Assembly: GCA_030141605.1 (NCBI GenBank)
Contig: JAQGDQ010001209.1
Location: 1-55,438, forward strand
Source: Tubiluchus corallicola
Lineage: Eukaryota > Animalia > Priapulida
Length of the DNA stretch: 55,438 nucleotides
Direction: 5' to 3'
The notes beneath the pieces are model-generated. The model was not told the origin of the DNA and ran no database searches. It worked only from the letters and a program-made list of their open reading frames with translations. Position numbers and translations under genes: made by a program. Of the stretch, positions 12,504-27,032 are shown piece after piece; the stretch's first letter is position 1, and each line of letters opens with the position of its first letter.

Positions 12504-13683
12504 TATAGGTTATGTAATGGAACCTGAAATACAACACAATAACGAGCCTATAATACATTATAAGTGGAAGACGATATTTTGAAAATTTTCTACATAAAGC
12601 ATCAGTTGTCTTTCCCTGTTTAGTTAAAATGTGAAGAAAGGGAGTTTCAAAGTAAGTCGCAAAAAACTTTCCTTACAAAGTTATTATATTATTTACCTAG
12701 ACCTACTTACATGAAAAGTAAATATAAGTTTATAAGTTTTAAAAGTTTATTTATTTCCACTCTGCATCTAACAACTGTAATAAAAATACAGATAATTTCA
12801 CTGAAGTAAATATAAATATAAATGCAGTGTTATCCAGAAATTACAAAATGCAGCATATAGATGTGCAAATTACATTACAGAATAATTTTGATGCATACAG
12901 TTTGAGCCTAAAAGCATAGCTTGACAGGCCAAACTGTACGTGGAAATCTTAAAGAAGTGATTAATAATTGAAATAATAATAATATATGCACAAAAGTGGA
13001 GGGGGGAGTAGTGAATGAAAGATGCCTGAACAATGTCCAGCTAATCAGCAACTGAAAAACACTAGAGAGATTTACTAGCAGGATCTTGCTTGGAGACAAG
13101 AATAAAATGAACTAGGCAGGGCTCTAGCTAGCTGTTAAAACTGTTACTATTACAATGCCATGGGCTGCGAGGCGTTGTCAAGTGTACACAAATGTGTAGT
13201 CTGGTGCACTTAACCTTTGACTTTTTCACGATCATCATCAATCGCTGGAACTGCGAAAAGGACTTAGTGTCGTATTTACACCTTCGAACTGGAGCATACT
13301 TTGAAATACCCACAGATTTTTAGCATAAAAAATAATGCGAAGAAACAATGCGAGAACAATGAGATAGACCACGTGACACGCACGACCTCTAGTGGATCGT
13401 TGCCTAAGATTTAAGGTTTTATTTTAAACGTATTGACTGCATGTCAGAATGCATAATCTTGTGGCCTGTATTTAATCCATTTTTGAACTAATGGTACACT
13501 TAACCTTTGACCTTTTCAGAATCATCATCAATCGCTGGAAGTGGAACTGGAAAAGGCTTATTAATGGCAGGCATAAATATTTCTCAGACACTTTTTTATT
13601 TTCCTCTAGCAGATTTCAAACTAGCACGTTGAAATTTGTGTTTTAATTTTAACGGTTTCAAATCAAAGACTCCGCAGGTGTGA

Positions 13684-14275
13684 GGTGAATTTTCATATAC
13701 TATCCCATTTTCAAGTCCGACAAAAATATACATTTTAACGCAATTAATACTACAAAAGCGTTTCTGATAATTAAATAATTGATTAAAACCTTAATTAACG
13801 ACAGGTGAGCCACAAACTAACGAAATTTTCAAGAGCAAAAATATTCCATGAGCGTGTTGCGCGTGTTTGTGAAAGCGAAAATTGAAGTACGGCGCTACTG
13901 TAAGATATTCAGTGTGTTGTACTAAAACTAGGCAAGATTTAAAATAATAATTCAAATTTCAAATTTGCCTTTGTGCTCACGCGTGAACTGTGGAATGCGT
14001 GTAGTTCATCACAAACTAAATCATCTGTAATGAGAGGTACAGCACCTGTTTTTGTGTCCGTTTCCGAAATGGAGGCGCTAGTGCCCGTCTAACTATTGAA
14101 TGGCGAAATGCATGTAACAGTGAAGAACTAGTGGCGTGAACGTGAAATTGTGTTTGTGTGGTAATAATCCTTTCACGTAAGTCATTTCTTAAAAAAATAG
14201 CGTGTTTCCTTTCAATATATTAAAGAATAGATTGTTTTGACCTGCAATTTAAGATTGGGCCCGGTTTTGCTTTAA
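13684..14275 (-). mobile_element. Kolobok-like MITE family A
   Basis: ~600-bp dispersed repeat ending CCGGTTTTGCT-TTAA; the other end is degenerate. Confidence 0.75.
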
Positions 14276-14745
14276 GGCTGCTAAATCAAACAGATGCACC
14301 CATAGCTGTGTTAGCATATCAAAGTGCAGCTTTTACGTGTCGTGAGAAATACTAACTTACAGTAATAGTTTAGACATCACTCCGTTTATCTCGAATCATT
14401 TCAACAGTTGACATATTTACCAACTTTTATAGCAAAGCTTCGTTATCACTTTGTATTGCAAATATTTGCGTTGCTAGAGATGCATTGACTACCTGACGTA
14501 AGACATAACTTTGTGTATGAACTGCATGATAAGTAGAATACTAAGAAATCGCGGAGTATGTAGATACAAATAAAATTTCATTTCTTTTCGTTATATTTTA
14601 ATAAAAGGGGGAGAAATGGGAATTTTAAAGGACACTTTTGAGGGAATTTTCATACAAACTTTGCATTTCACTTACCTGTTTGAAGGACTTATGTAATTGG
14701 AAAAGAATTTTTTTATTTAAAATATTCGAGCCGCCTGGTGAAACG

Positions 14746-15133
14746 GCACTGTATCGTCATCCCCGTATGCACCACTGATTCACCAATAGCACTGCATCGT
14801 CATCCCAGTGTGCACCACTGATTCACCAATAGCACTGCATCGTCATCCCAGTGTGCACCACTGATTCACCAATAGCACTGCATCGTCATCCCAGTGTGCA
14901 CCACTGATTCACCAATAAGCACTGCATCGTCATCTCAGTGTGCACCACTGATTCACCAATAGCACTGCATCGTCATCCCAGTGTGCACCACTGATTCACC
15001 AATAGCACTGCATCGTCATCCCAGTATGCACCACTGATTCACCAATAGCACTGCATCGTCATCCCAGTGTGCACCACTGATTCACCAATAGCACTGCATC
15101 GTCATCCCAGTGTGCACCACTGATTCACCAATA
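14746..15133. repeat. 43-bp minisatellite, 9 copies
   Basis: GCACTGCATCGTCATCCCAGTGTGCACCACTGATTCACCAATA head-to-tail with no spacers. Confidence 0.97.
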
Positions 15134-15440
15134 AACACATTATTGATTTCCTTGACAATATAAAGTAATTAATACTTTTGCTTAGTTAGCGTAGAGTGCG
15201 CCACGAATTATCTGATAACTATGGGCATTGTTAGCTGCTGAACTTGTTTTAAACGACCCCCGATTAAAATGGTTGCACCCAACGGTCTTCGAGGAGTTTA
15301 ACATTTATATACAGCGTTAATGCTAACACAAGCTCTGTATTCAATAGGACAGCATGTAATTAATGTCTTGTTTTCTTGTATATTTCAAAATTGAAATTGT
15401 ATGTTTGTCTTGTTCTTTTCTTGTATTGTATGTATTTTTG

Positions 15441-15875
15441 CGGGATGCCCACACTGTATCTCGACACTAGGCGGAGGAGCTGCACAAGCAGCCAACGGCT
15501 AGAGGGCGGAGGAGGTCAAGTGCCCACCGGCCATGTGTAGAGGAGTAAACCTTCCAAATCAGGAGTGGAGCCCCGAAGGCGGACCAGTGCAGCATGCTCA
15601 CTGACTCCGGCAGCTCCTGCAGCCAACCTGGTGCCAAACGTATCGCTCCACTTTCCTTTGGACTACACCAGGGAGGAAGAGAGGGGGTTCCTGCGGTTTG
15701 GGAAACTCAGGATCTCCATACACCTTGCCTAGGCGTGCGCCCTGGAGAGGCCACTCCAGTGGTTCAAGGATCGAATTGCTCAGCCACAGTCGACGCTGCA
15801 GCTCCATCAATGTGATCAATAACTGACTCTCTTGGCGCACAATCCATTGTCTTCCGAGACAGAAGGATGCCAACA
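15441..15875 (+). mobile_element. Short non-autonomous RTE-derived retroelement (bipartite, SINE-like)
   Basis: 11-bp TSD ATGTATTTTTG (15430-15440 and 15876-15886). A GC-rich 5' part is joined to the RTE ORF C-terminus SRIELLSHSRRCS and the RTE-type 3' end CCATTGTCTTCCGAGACAGAAGGATGCCAACAA. Confidence 0.75.
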
Positions 15876-16545
15876 ATGTATTTTTGACACTAATAAAGAA
15901 ATATGTAATAAATATGTAAATGAAGTGATATAAAAATTAAAGACGAATTATTTAGGGCTTATATATAAAGTGTTTTTGTGCTTTAAAATAAAAATTAATT
16001 TCTTAAAAATACTGCAGATAGAAAAGAATGAATTCATTTAAAATTTATTAAGTATCTAGTAAAACGTGCCATTACTCTTTTTTAAACGCATTTTTAAGCA
16101 ATATGTTTCTTGCTTCCGTTTTTGTTTATCCCGGTCCCTCCGTCGTTTCCTGCTTCGTTTATTGTTCTGTTTTTCGCGGAAACAAAACAAACAGGAATTT
16201 ATTGCAAATAATTTTATTGACTTTTGACAAGCTACTAGCGCCACAATCAGTGCTGGCCGCAAAAATAACAAAAAATCGTTTACGAAAATTTAATAATCTT
16301 GAAAAATTTCATGAGCACATAAACAGTGTCCGTTTATGGCTTCATTCAAAGTTTTAAGATTCGTTTTAAACAATAAGAAAAAGCCACGCCCACAGGGCGG
16401 CAATCTTGCCCATTTTCGACCAATAATAACATCGCTTACATATTGTAAATCAGCACATTTTTAACTCGTCCAGCGCGATGTTATCTACAGATTCGAATCT
16501 AGGTTAGCGAGACAGCGAAAGTGAAAGATACTAATTGATCAGCCC

Positions 16546-17172
16546 TTAAAGCAAGATCTGACCCAATCCTAAACTGCAGGCCAAAACAATCTACTCTTTA
16601 AAATATTGAAAGGAAACATACTATATTTTAAAGAATGACTTACGTGAAAGAATTATTACCACACAAAAGTTATTTCGTGTTCCCGCGGTTAGTTCTTCGT
16701 TGTTACATGCATTTCGCCGTTTGCTTGTTAGACGGACACTAGCTCCTGTATTTCGCAAGCGCGTTGCACAAAAAACAGGGGCTATACCTTTCAGTTCGGA
16801 TGTGTTAGTTTGTGACAAACTGCACACGTTCGACAGCTCATGCATAAAGACAGTGGTATATTTAAAATTTGAAAATGTTCATCTTAAAACTTGCCTAGTT
16901 TTAGTACAACACACTGAATATCTTACAGCAGCACTGAATTTAATTTTTACTTTCGCAAACACGTGCAACACATTCGGGGAATATGTTTGATGTTGAAAAT
17001 TATGTTAGTTTGTGATGTCATCAATAGTTGGGCTCGCCCGCAGTTAATCAATTTTTTAATCTATTATTTGGTTATCAGAAACGCTTTTGCAGCATTAAAG
17101 TGTTAAAATGTATACTTTTTATCTGATTTGAAAATGGAGTAGTATATAAAAAATCATCCTGTTTTGTTTGAA
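16546..17172 (+). mobile_element. Kolobok-like MITE family A
   Basis: Starts TTAA-AGCAAGATCTGACCCAATC and is colinear with 43511-44131. Confidence 0.8.
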
Positions 17173-18347
17173 CGACTGTTTTTCTCGGTTTATTATTGAC
17201 AGATAAGAGTAGTGAAAACTCGAAACATATGAACATCAAAATTTCTGCAAAGCCAAAGGAGTTTACCAAAATCAAACACCATATTTTATCCAGTTTACAA
17301 ATTTCAAGTTTGTATTTTTAGTCTGCGAGTTATAGACGAATGGACGAATTTGTATGAAGTACTAACATTGGAATGATATACTGTCCCTTTTTAATAATAT
17401 AGAAAATTTGTTCACTATATTTTCTACCATATCAAGTGACAATAATACATTTGTCTAGGTAATGAATAGTCAAGATATCGAATTATACAAGATTATTGTA
17501 GCTTTTCTGGAAACAGCCTTTCAGATTAGGAATGAGTTATTGTCTAACTAAAATCTACATACAATTGTGTGGAGTTATTAATACTACTTTATGTAATATT
17601 GTTGTGGTAACTATTTTTGATACTTGTGTAAATTAATTATTAGTTGCACTGAACGGTCGAGCCACAATATTACGTTGAAAGTGGATTTTGCCTCTAGTAA
17701 TCGTCTCTTTCACTGCTAATTAAATCTGTCCTGTTTTTTAGATTGTAACATAATGTAATAATATGTAATATTAGTTCAATAAGTGCACATACATGTTTGT
17801 GTTTCAATGCCACACATTAAAAAGTCTATTTACTTTACATCACAGCCCATTATCAACGGTGATAATTACCCATTTAGACGTCGTGTCGTTTGTAACAGAG
17901 GTAGTTTTAATTTTCGGGTATCTGACCGTACAATCCTTGCCACTCGTATTTAACCATGCACACAAACTCATGCAGTCTAAGTCCGCCTGCTCCTATTAGC
18001 TCAAAAAAACTCTCGTATCTCGCTGCTACTCACACGCACAAATACGTCCCTTTATATTGAACTCATAGCGTATTTCCTACGTGCTTTTCTAGTCCAAATT
18101 AATCTTTGATAAATTAATTTTACCAGTAAATTTGTGATATCCTATCTATTGTGAGTAAAGTGTAGTTGTAATTCAACCGCAGAACTGGTATAATTTTGTA
18201 CACAGTTTTATTGCAATAGTCTCTGGTTTAATCACGATAAAGGGAACATTGAAACAATGTGAGTTACTTATAGTAATGCTATTAGAGGACTCTTTAATCT
18301 TCCTAGTCGTTGTAGAGCAAGTCAAACGTATGTTAGCTACAATGTAC

Positions 18348-19049
18348 TGTGTTTAGTCTTAGAAGTAGGCTGTTTTTGAGACAGAATACTGTTATAAATA
18401 ACTTGTTGTACAATACTGATGCAATTTTTAGATACAATGTACCAAGTTTTTCCTGCATATGTAGGAAAGCTGTGTTTAGTCTCAGAAGTAGGCTGTTTTT
18501 GAGTCAGAATACTGTTATAAATAACTTGTTGTACAATACTGATGCTATTTTTAGATACAATGTACCAAGTTTTTCCTTCACACGTAGGAAAGCTGTGTTT
18601 AGTCTCAGAAGTAGGCTGTTTTTGAGTCAGAATACTGTTATTAATAACTTGCTGTACAATACTGATACAATTTTTAGCTACAATGAACCAAGTTTTTCCT
18701 GCATATGTAGGAAAGCTGTGTTTAGTCTCAGAAGTAGGCTGTTTTTGAGTCAGAATACTGTTATTAATAACTTGCTGTACAATACTGATACAATTTTTAG
18801 CTACAATGTACCAAGTTTTTCCTGCATGCGTAGGAAAGCTGTGTTTAGTCTCAGAAGTGGCTGTTTTTGAGTCAGAATACTGTTATTAATAACTTGTAGT
18901 ACAATACTGATACAATTTTTAGATACAATGTACCAAGTTTTTCCTTGCATACGTAGGAAAGCTGTATTTAGTCTCAGAAGTAGGCTGTTCTTTTAGTCAG
19001 AATACTGTTATTAATAACTTGCCGTACAATACTGATACAATTTTTAGAT
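18348..19049. repeat. 123-bp tandem repeat, ~5.7 copies
   Basis: TGTGTTTAGTCTCAGAAGTAGGCTG recurs every 123 bp (18348, 18471 and onward). Confidence 0.95.
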
Positions 19050-19201
19050 CAAACATTTCTAAGTCGTGGCAAAGAATCTTAGTTTCCCGTTCTAACTAAC
19101 CCTTTCTTGTTTATAAACTTACTATGTTTCTGTAAACTAACTGTGTGTTTTTATTGTGCCTGATTTTTATTGTTCTATGGACTGTAAATGTCTGAAATAA
19201 A

Positions 19202-19210
19202 ATGATGATT

Positions 19211-19266
<56 letters not shown>

Positions 19267-19322
19267 CATGATGATGGTGATAATGATGACGACGACGACG
19301 ACGATGATGATGACGATGATAT

Positions 19323-19403
<81 letters not shown>

Positions 19404-19450
19404 CGATGATGATTAATGCTGATGGTAATGGCGATGATGATGATGATGAG
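19202..19450. repeat. (GAT)n microsatellite
   Basis: Direct reading of the sequence. Confidence 0.97.
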
Positions 19451-19766
19451 GAATATCTTCCAGTCTCTTCCAGCTGAAAAACTAATCTGTGGGCACGATT
19501 GGGTCATTATCTCAACGATTTTGTAATTTTCGGGTTGTAGCTAAAACTTGTAGCTAAGTAGGATTTCTTTTCAAAATGTTCTCACAACGCTACATTTTGT
19601 TCGCATCACTTATTAGTCAATGCATCAAAATATGGCGAACTGAACGTTTGCTTATGTAAAATGTGCTAATAAAAGGTATAGGCCAACCGTTTTATTCTGA
19701 ATTTCATCACGGAAATAATAAAAACAGCCGGCGTTAATTAATTACATGTATTTATAAGTGGTTTGT

Positions 19767-20962
<1,196 letters not shown>

Positions 20963-21707
20963 CGTAGCCACATTTGACTGAATGTCTGCCACATTCTCAC
21001 ACAATTTCTTGGCCACACTTTATCAATATCTTTTATGACTGATTACCTACACTTTATAGCATGATGCAGATAATTGTAGCCACGTGCCAGTAGAGGGCGC
21101 GTTTCTACTCTCGGTTATAAATTCCACAGACTTTTTTGGCACGAGGATAATTTTATCAGCCACACGACCAATTGGAGAGATAAATTCCGTTTCCCCACTA
21201 AAAACTTTAACCTTTCAATTCCATTTTTAACAAAACGGTAAATTTATGACTTAAAACAAGAATTTATAACAAAACTAGGTATATAGATATTGGTAAAAAA
21301 AGAAATGGACTTCCAACTTCGTTAAACTTAAAACGAAGTAGCATGAAAAGCATGTACAGCATTATATGCATAAAACAAGTTTTTAATTATTACTGGGCAA
21401 TGTTTCAATTTTCTAGGGTTAATCTAAACAAGAAGTAATTAACGAAGTGTGGCCGACCTGGGTCACGTGATCGTCTACTACTCAGGCGTGTATAGCATCT
21501 TTACTTGATTCAATCTGTCAATTAACAATTAATTCTGAAAGAAACAGGCAGATGAAATCAATTAAACCAGTAAATGCGCTGAACTAGTGGAAAAACTTAC
21601 AAGTTATAATCATTTTGCCTTTGTTCTATCGTTGTATCTTTGTGAAAATTTGATTGACATTCGAGTTAGTAAGCACTTGATTTATATCTAAAAACTCTTG
21701 TTACGAT

Positions 21708-21995
21708 TTAAGGACAGTAAGAAATTCTTCATAAATAAAGATAAAAAATTCGTCAAGAAATGCTTATTGCCTACAGTGCTTGCGTTAGCAGTAACGCTGC
21801 ATAAAACTTGTAAATTAAAACTCCCGCGATGACCGTTAAGCGCAGCCACTTTAACGGTAAGTAATTTGAAACAAGTTTACGTAATCAGTGAGTAAAGAAT
21901 GAAAAAATAATCAGAGCATTCGTAGCGCCCTCTTCGCTAATTAAGCAAAAGTGCAAATTACTTTATATTGTCAATAAGATCAATAAAGATTTGGT
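21708..21995 (+). mobile_element. Family B 5' fragment
   Basis: Contains CTGCATAAAACTTGTAAATTAAAACTCCCGCGATGACCGTT, shared with the other B copies. Confidence 0.7.
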
Positions 21996-22242
21996 GTGTC
22001 AGTGACCTTTTAACATTTGACGTGAACATTTTAAATTGTTGTTACGAAGGCGAAATGCCCTTCATTTTCGACTCTCCCCCTCATCATTGTGATGGTTTCA
22101 TCCATTACGAAGCCATTACATATCAGCGTTTCATAGCAGCTATAAGTAGCTGGTATGGAATGGCCTCGTCGGTTCAGTGGGCTGATGGGCAGGTGCTTCT
22201 TTCATCTCAGCACCTGTTCCGCAATGATAACCGGCATGGATA

Positions 22243-22547
22243 ACCGGTAAATTTGAATTTTTTAATTTAATACTGTCCTAGTTTTAGTGCAACACACTGA
22301 ATATCTTGCAGTAGCACTGTACTCCAATTTTCGCTTTCGTAAACACGTGCAACACGCTCGTGGAATATTTTTGCTGTTGAAAATTATGTTAGTTTGTGAT
22401 GTCATCAATAATTGGGCTCGCGTTAATTACGTTTTTAATCTATTATTTAATTATCGAAAACACTTTGGCAGTATTAATTGTGTTAAAATGTATACGTTTA
22501 TCGAACTTGAAAATAAGTACATGAAAAATCATCCTGTCTTCCTTTAA
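22243..22547 (+). mobile_element. Kolobok-like MITE family A, 3' half
   Basis: Ends ATCATCCTGTCTTCCT-TTAA; near-identical to 43820-44131. Confidence 0.8.
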
Positions 22548-23055
22548 AACGATAAAATTTTGATAGCCAGTCAGTATTTCATTTTAAACGTGCTGCGCCA
22601 GTAGATCCCCGTTTATTAGTTTACCCAGATTATAGCAGATATACAATCAATCTGTTTTAAATCTTGCCATAAAAACATTGGAAAGTTTAATGTATTTATT
22701 GCTGCACTTCGCAGGCCATAATTATTGAACGTGATAACGCCTTATCTTCCAAAACTGAACAAATTTTGATGCTGAAACTGAATATGATCAACGCAATTAT
22801 GTCTCTCTTAATTAATATTGATAAATTGATGATAAACAGGCATAAAAATTTAATCCTGTGTACAAAGTAAATAACAAGGACTTAAAAAATAACTCTTTTC
22901 GTTCTGACTTTTCGAAAAAGTACGTACAGAAAATGGTGGGAACACCAGTTAAGTTAATCAGTTAAGTTAAATATTTTGTGACATGTCGTGCAAAAAATCG
23001 TATTCAACTGGTAGAGAAAAAATATTTTTGGCTAGCGCTGCTTATTCAGCCCACG

Positions 23056-23945
23056 ATGTACATAATACATGTATGTAGTATATGATGTACAGTATACATG
23101 TATGCAGTATATGATGTACAGTATACATGTATGCAGTATATGATGTACAGTATTCATGTATGCAGTATATGATGTACAGTATACGTGTATGCAGTATATG
23201 ATGTACAGTATTCATGTATGCAGTATATGATGCACAGTATACATGTATGCAGTATATGATGTACAGTATACGTGTATGCAGTATATGATGTACAGTATTC
23301 ATGTATGCAGTATATGATGTACAGTATACATGTATGCAGTATATGATGTAGAGTACATGTATGCAGTATATGATGTACAGTATACATGTATGCAGTATAT
23401 GATGTAGAGTACATGTATGCAGTATATGATGTACGGTATACATGTATGCAGTATATGATGTAGAGTACATGTATGCAGTATATGATGTACAGTATACATG
23501 TATGCACTATATGATGTAGAGTATACATGTATACAGTATATGATGTACAGTATACATGTATGCAGTATATGATGTAGAGTACATGTATGCAGTATGTACA
23601 GTATACATGTATGCAGTATATGATGTACAGTATACATGTATGCAGTATATGATGTACAGTATACATGTATGCAGTATATGATGTAGAGTACATGTATGCA
23701 GTATATGATGTACAGTATACATGTATGCAGTATATGATGTACAGTATACATGTATGCAGTATATGATGTACAGTATACATGTATGCAGTATATGATGTAC
23801 AGTATACATGTATGCAGTATATGATGTACAGTATACATGTATGCAATATATGATGTACAGTATACATGTATGCAATATATGATGTACAGTATTCATGTAT
23901 GCAGTATATGATGTACAGTATACATGTATACAGTATGTAATATAC
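23056..23945. repeat. 29-bp minisatellite with 27-bp variants, ~30 copies
   Basis: Unit GCAGTATATGATGTACAGTATACATGTAT. Confidence 0.97.
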
Positions 23946-24489
23946 AGTATTTATGTATAATTTATATAATTACGAATAATACTTTCATACATTCTTCCTC
24001 CTTGCACTTTTTCAATTTCAAATCACAATTTTTTTGAGGTGAAAACGGCAGAAAACGGAATCAAAATGCCGGTACAGAAAAACCATTATGACGCACTTTA
24101 TAATACTGTCACGTGATCTGACCATATTTGGGTCCACTGGCATCATTGATGGAATTTGACCGATCGTACCAATTCAACGTCCAGGCTGTAGCATGTAGTC
24201 AGCATTCGAATACTTCTTAGCTAACCTCGTGCAGGAAGTTGGATTTTAATCAGTCATCAAGTTAATAAAACAGATAACAAGTCGCTAGAAAATTCATTGC
24301 ACGATGCACATTCATTGATATTATTGATCACTGGTTATCACTCATTGATATCTGGCTATCGATAAATGTGTTACCTGCGTGATCTATGTATGAGCACCAT
24401 TTAATTGTTCTCAAGTATTTATGCATAGGCGCTGAATATCATAGCGTGTTTAGGATCTCTAGCAACATTGGTCCTACAAAATGTTCATT

Positions 24490-25303
24490 ATATAATGTAA
24501 TGTAATGTAATTATGTAATTAATATAATATAATGTAATATAATATAATATAATATAATATAATATAATATAATATAATGTAATGTAATGTAATGTAATGT
24601 AATGTAATGTAATGTAATGTAATGTAATGTAATGTAATGTAATGTAATGTAATGTAATGTAGTGTAGTGTAATATAATATAATGTAATGTAATGTAATTA
24701 ATATAATATAATATAATGTAATATAATATATTAATATAATATAATATAATATAATGTAATGTAATGTAATGTAATGTAATGTAATGTAATTTAGTGTATT
24801 GTAGTGTAATGCAATGTAATGTAATATAATATAACGTAACAAAACGTAATGTAACGTAACGTAACGTAACGTAACGTAACGTAACGTAACGTAATGTAAT
24901 GTAATGTAATATAATGTAATGTAATATAATATAATGTAATGTAATGTAATGTAATGTAATTAATATAATATAATGTAATATAATATATTAATATAATGTA
25001 ATGTAATGTAATGTAGTGTAATATAATATAATGTAATAAAATGTAATGTAATGTAATATAATGTAATATGATATAATATATTAATATAATATAATGTAAT
25101 GTAATGTAGTGTATTGTAGCGTAATATAATGTAATGCAATGTAATGTAATATAATGTAATAAAACGTAATGTAATGTAACGTAACGTAATGTAATGTAAT
25201 ATAATGTAATATATTAATATAATGTAATGTAACGTAAGGTAACGAAACGTAACGCAATGTAACGCAACGCAACATAACATAACATAACATAACATAATAT
25301 AAT
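24490..25303. repeat. Compound pentamer microsatellite (TAATG/TAATA/TAACG)n
   Basis: Direct reading of the sequence. Confidence 0.95.
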
Positions 25304-25304
25304 A

Positions 25305-25620
25305 TTCATTAAATCTAGTGAAGTGATATTGGTGATTACGTACGATAGGATTTATGAAACTCGAGGGTAATAAACTGTGCTGTGTTTTGTACAGATAGGT
25401 AGCAACGTTGTAAGAAACTAAGTCATCCAAATTTAAAATTCCACAGTTATAAAAAAGTATTGGTTCAATTGTGGCTTGTTTAGTAAAATTACAAGTGATT
25501 CTCAAAAACTTACGCTGTATATGGCTAAGTAATTTAAATTTATTGAATGTGTTTTCCCTCATAGAATACAACAGTGAATTAAAGAGTTATATAGTGTAAA
25601 TTTGTGCATTTATTTGTAAT
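25305..25620 (-). mobile_element. L2/Crack/Daphne-like LINE ORF2 C-terminal fragment
   Basis: IQRKFLRIT..EPILFYNCGILNLDDLVSYNVATYLYK..LLPSSF..HQYHFTR. Confidence 0.65.
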
Positions 25621-26284
25621 AAATCAGATGTAAATTGACTACTGTAACGCCTACTAAACTACTGATAATTCGCAATTTATTATAATATGTGCTAAATTTG
25701 ATAGCAAGGTCAAATGTCAATTATAGGTCAGGGTCACAACTGTGAATGCGGTTCTGTTACCGAATCCATCTTAGAGATTTTCTTAGAACAGAGTTTTAAC
25801 GAAGTTTAACTCTTTCGCTGTGTTATTTTTTCAAAATTGTGTTTTTACACTAGTTTGGGTAGCGTTTGGATAATTACACAAAAAGCAATTGCTGTTTTCA
25901 TCAGTAATCATAAAATTCTTTTTGTTGCCAAGTACCCAAGTCTGCATAGAAGTTGGGCGGTTTGGGCCTGTTGGAAACCGTTCAAGCAACAGAAGGTGAA
26001 TCCGATGATTGCTCATTCGAGCACCTGTCCAGATGTGATTCGAGACATTTTTCTCTGCTCTGATTCAGCGTGAGTGACGGATGCATTGTCCAAAGTCGAA
26101 TCTCACACGGTCTCTTTCGGCTAGGGCTGTAAGCTTTATGGGATTTATGCGTTATAAACGGTTAATTAGTTTTTACCTTTTTCTGCTTTGCTTTTAAGCT
26201 TACCTATGCCCTAGGGATTAATTACTTTCAAGGTATGCATATGCTGAAACACTAAATCATTTCGTGTGCTTATCTTTCTAACAT

Positions 26285-26905
26285 CTTTTTCCTTTTCTTT
26301 CCTTTTCTTTACTTGACTCTTCTTAACTTTTCTTTTCTTCTTTTTTCTTTTTTGTTTTTTCCTTACCTTTCCTTTCCTCAATCTTTTTTTTGTTCCTTCC
26401 CATTCCTTTCTTTACTTTTTTCTTTTTGTTTCGTTTTTTCTTTGCTTTCCTTTTCCCTTTTTTCTTCTCTTCTCTTTTCCTATTTTCTTTCTTTCTCTTC
26501 TTTTCCTTTCTCTTTCTTTACTTTTTGTTTTTTCTTTTCGTTTATATACCTTTTTCCTTTACCTTTCGTTTTTTTCCTTTTCTTTCCTTCTTTTTCTTCT
26601 CTTCTCGTCTCTTTTCTTTTCTTTTTTTGCTTTCTCACCTTTCCCTTCCTTTCCTCAATTCTTTTTCTTTTTCGTTCTTTTCTTAACATTTTCTTTTCTT
26701 TTCTTTTCTTTAATTTTAACACTACTTTGCCTGTGAGCTTAATGATTTTCAAGGTATGCCGTGCATATTTTATTTTCCAACTGTGTGTTTTTTCTTTTCG
26801 TTTTCTTCTGCTTCTTTTCTTATCCTTTCTTGCCCTTTTCGATATAATTTCTATTCTTTTCTCCTTTTTCTTACTTCTAGTTTTCATTTTTTAACTTTTC
26901 GATTT
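26285..26905. repeat. T/C-rich low-complexity polypyrimidine tract
   Basis: ~600 bp almost entirely T and C. Confidence 0.9.
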
Positions 26906-27032
26906 TTAGTTTATCCTCACTCTGTTGTGACTTGCTGCTTTGTGACTAACGCTGATTGACCTTGACCTTTGTTTAGTCCATCGAGTTTGTAGTTTTAGTT
27001 TTGTTTATTTTTCTGGTGCAAAGCGCCACTAC

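Noticed and set aside
14746-15133. Possible CRISPR array
   Set aside because: Units are contiguous with no unique spacers, there are no cas genes, and the context is eukaryotic.
18349-18870. 173-aa ORF with 41-aa repeats
   Set aside because: Product of a 123-bp tandem repeat whose length is a multiple of three. The frame breaks in later units and there is no ATG start or splice support.
22030-22245. GC-richer segment with hairpin CAGGTGCT..AGCACCTG followed by CGCAA, resembling HDV ribozyme P4-J4/2
   Set aside because: I could not place P1, P3 and L3 in the required order, so it is left unassigned.
26957-26968. Perfect nuclear receptor DR0 TGACCTTGACCT
   Set aside because: An isolated 12-mer next to low-complexity DNA and a MITE; insufficient alone.
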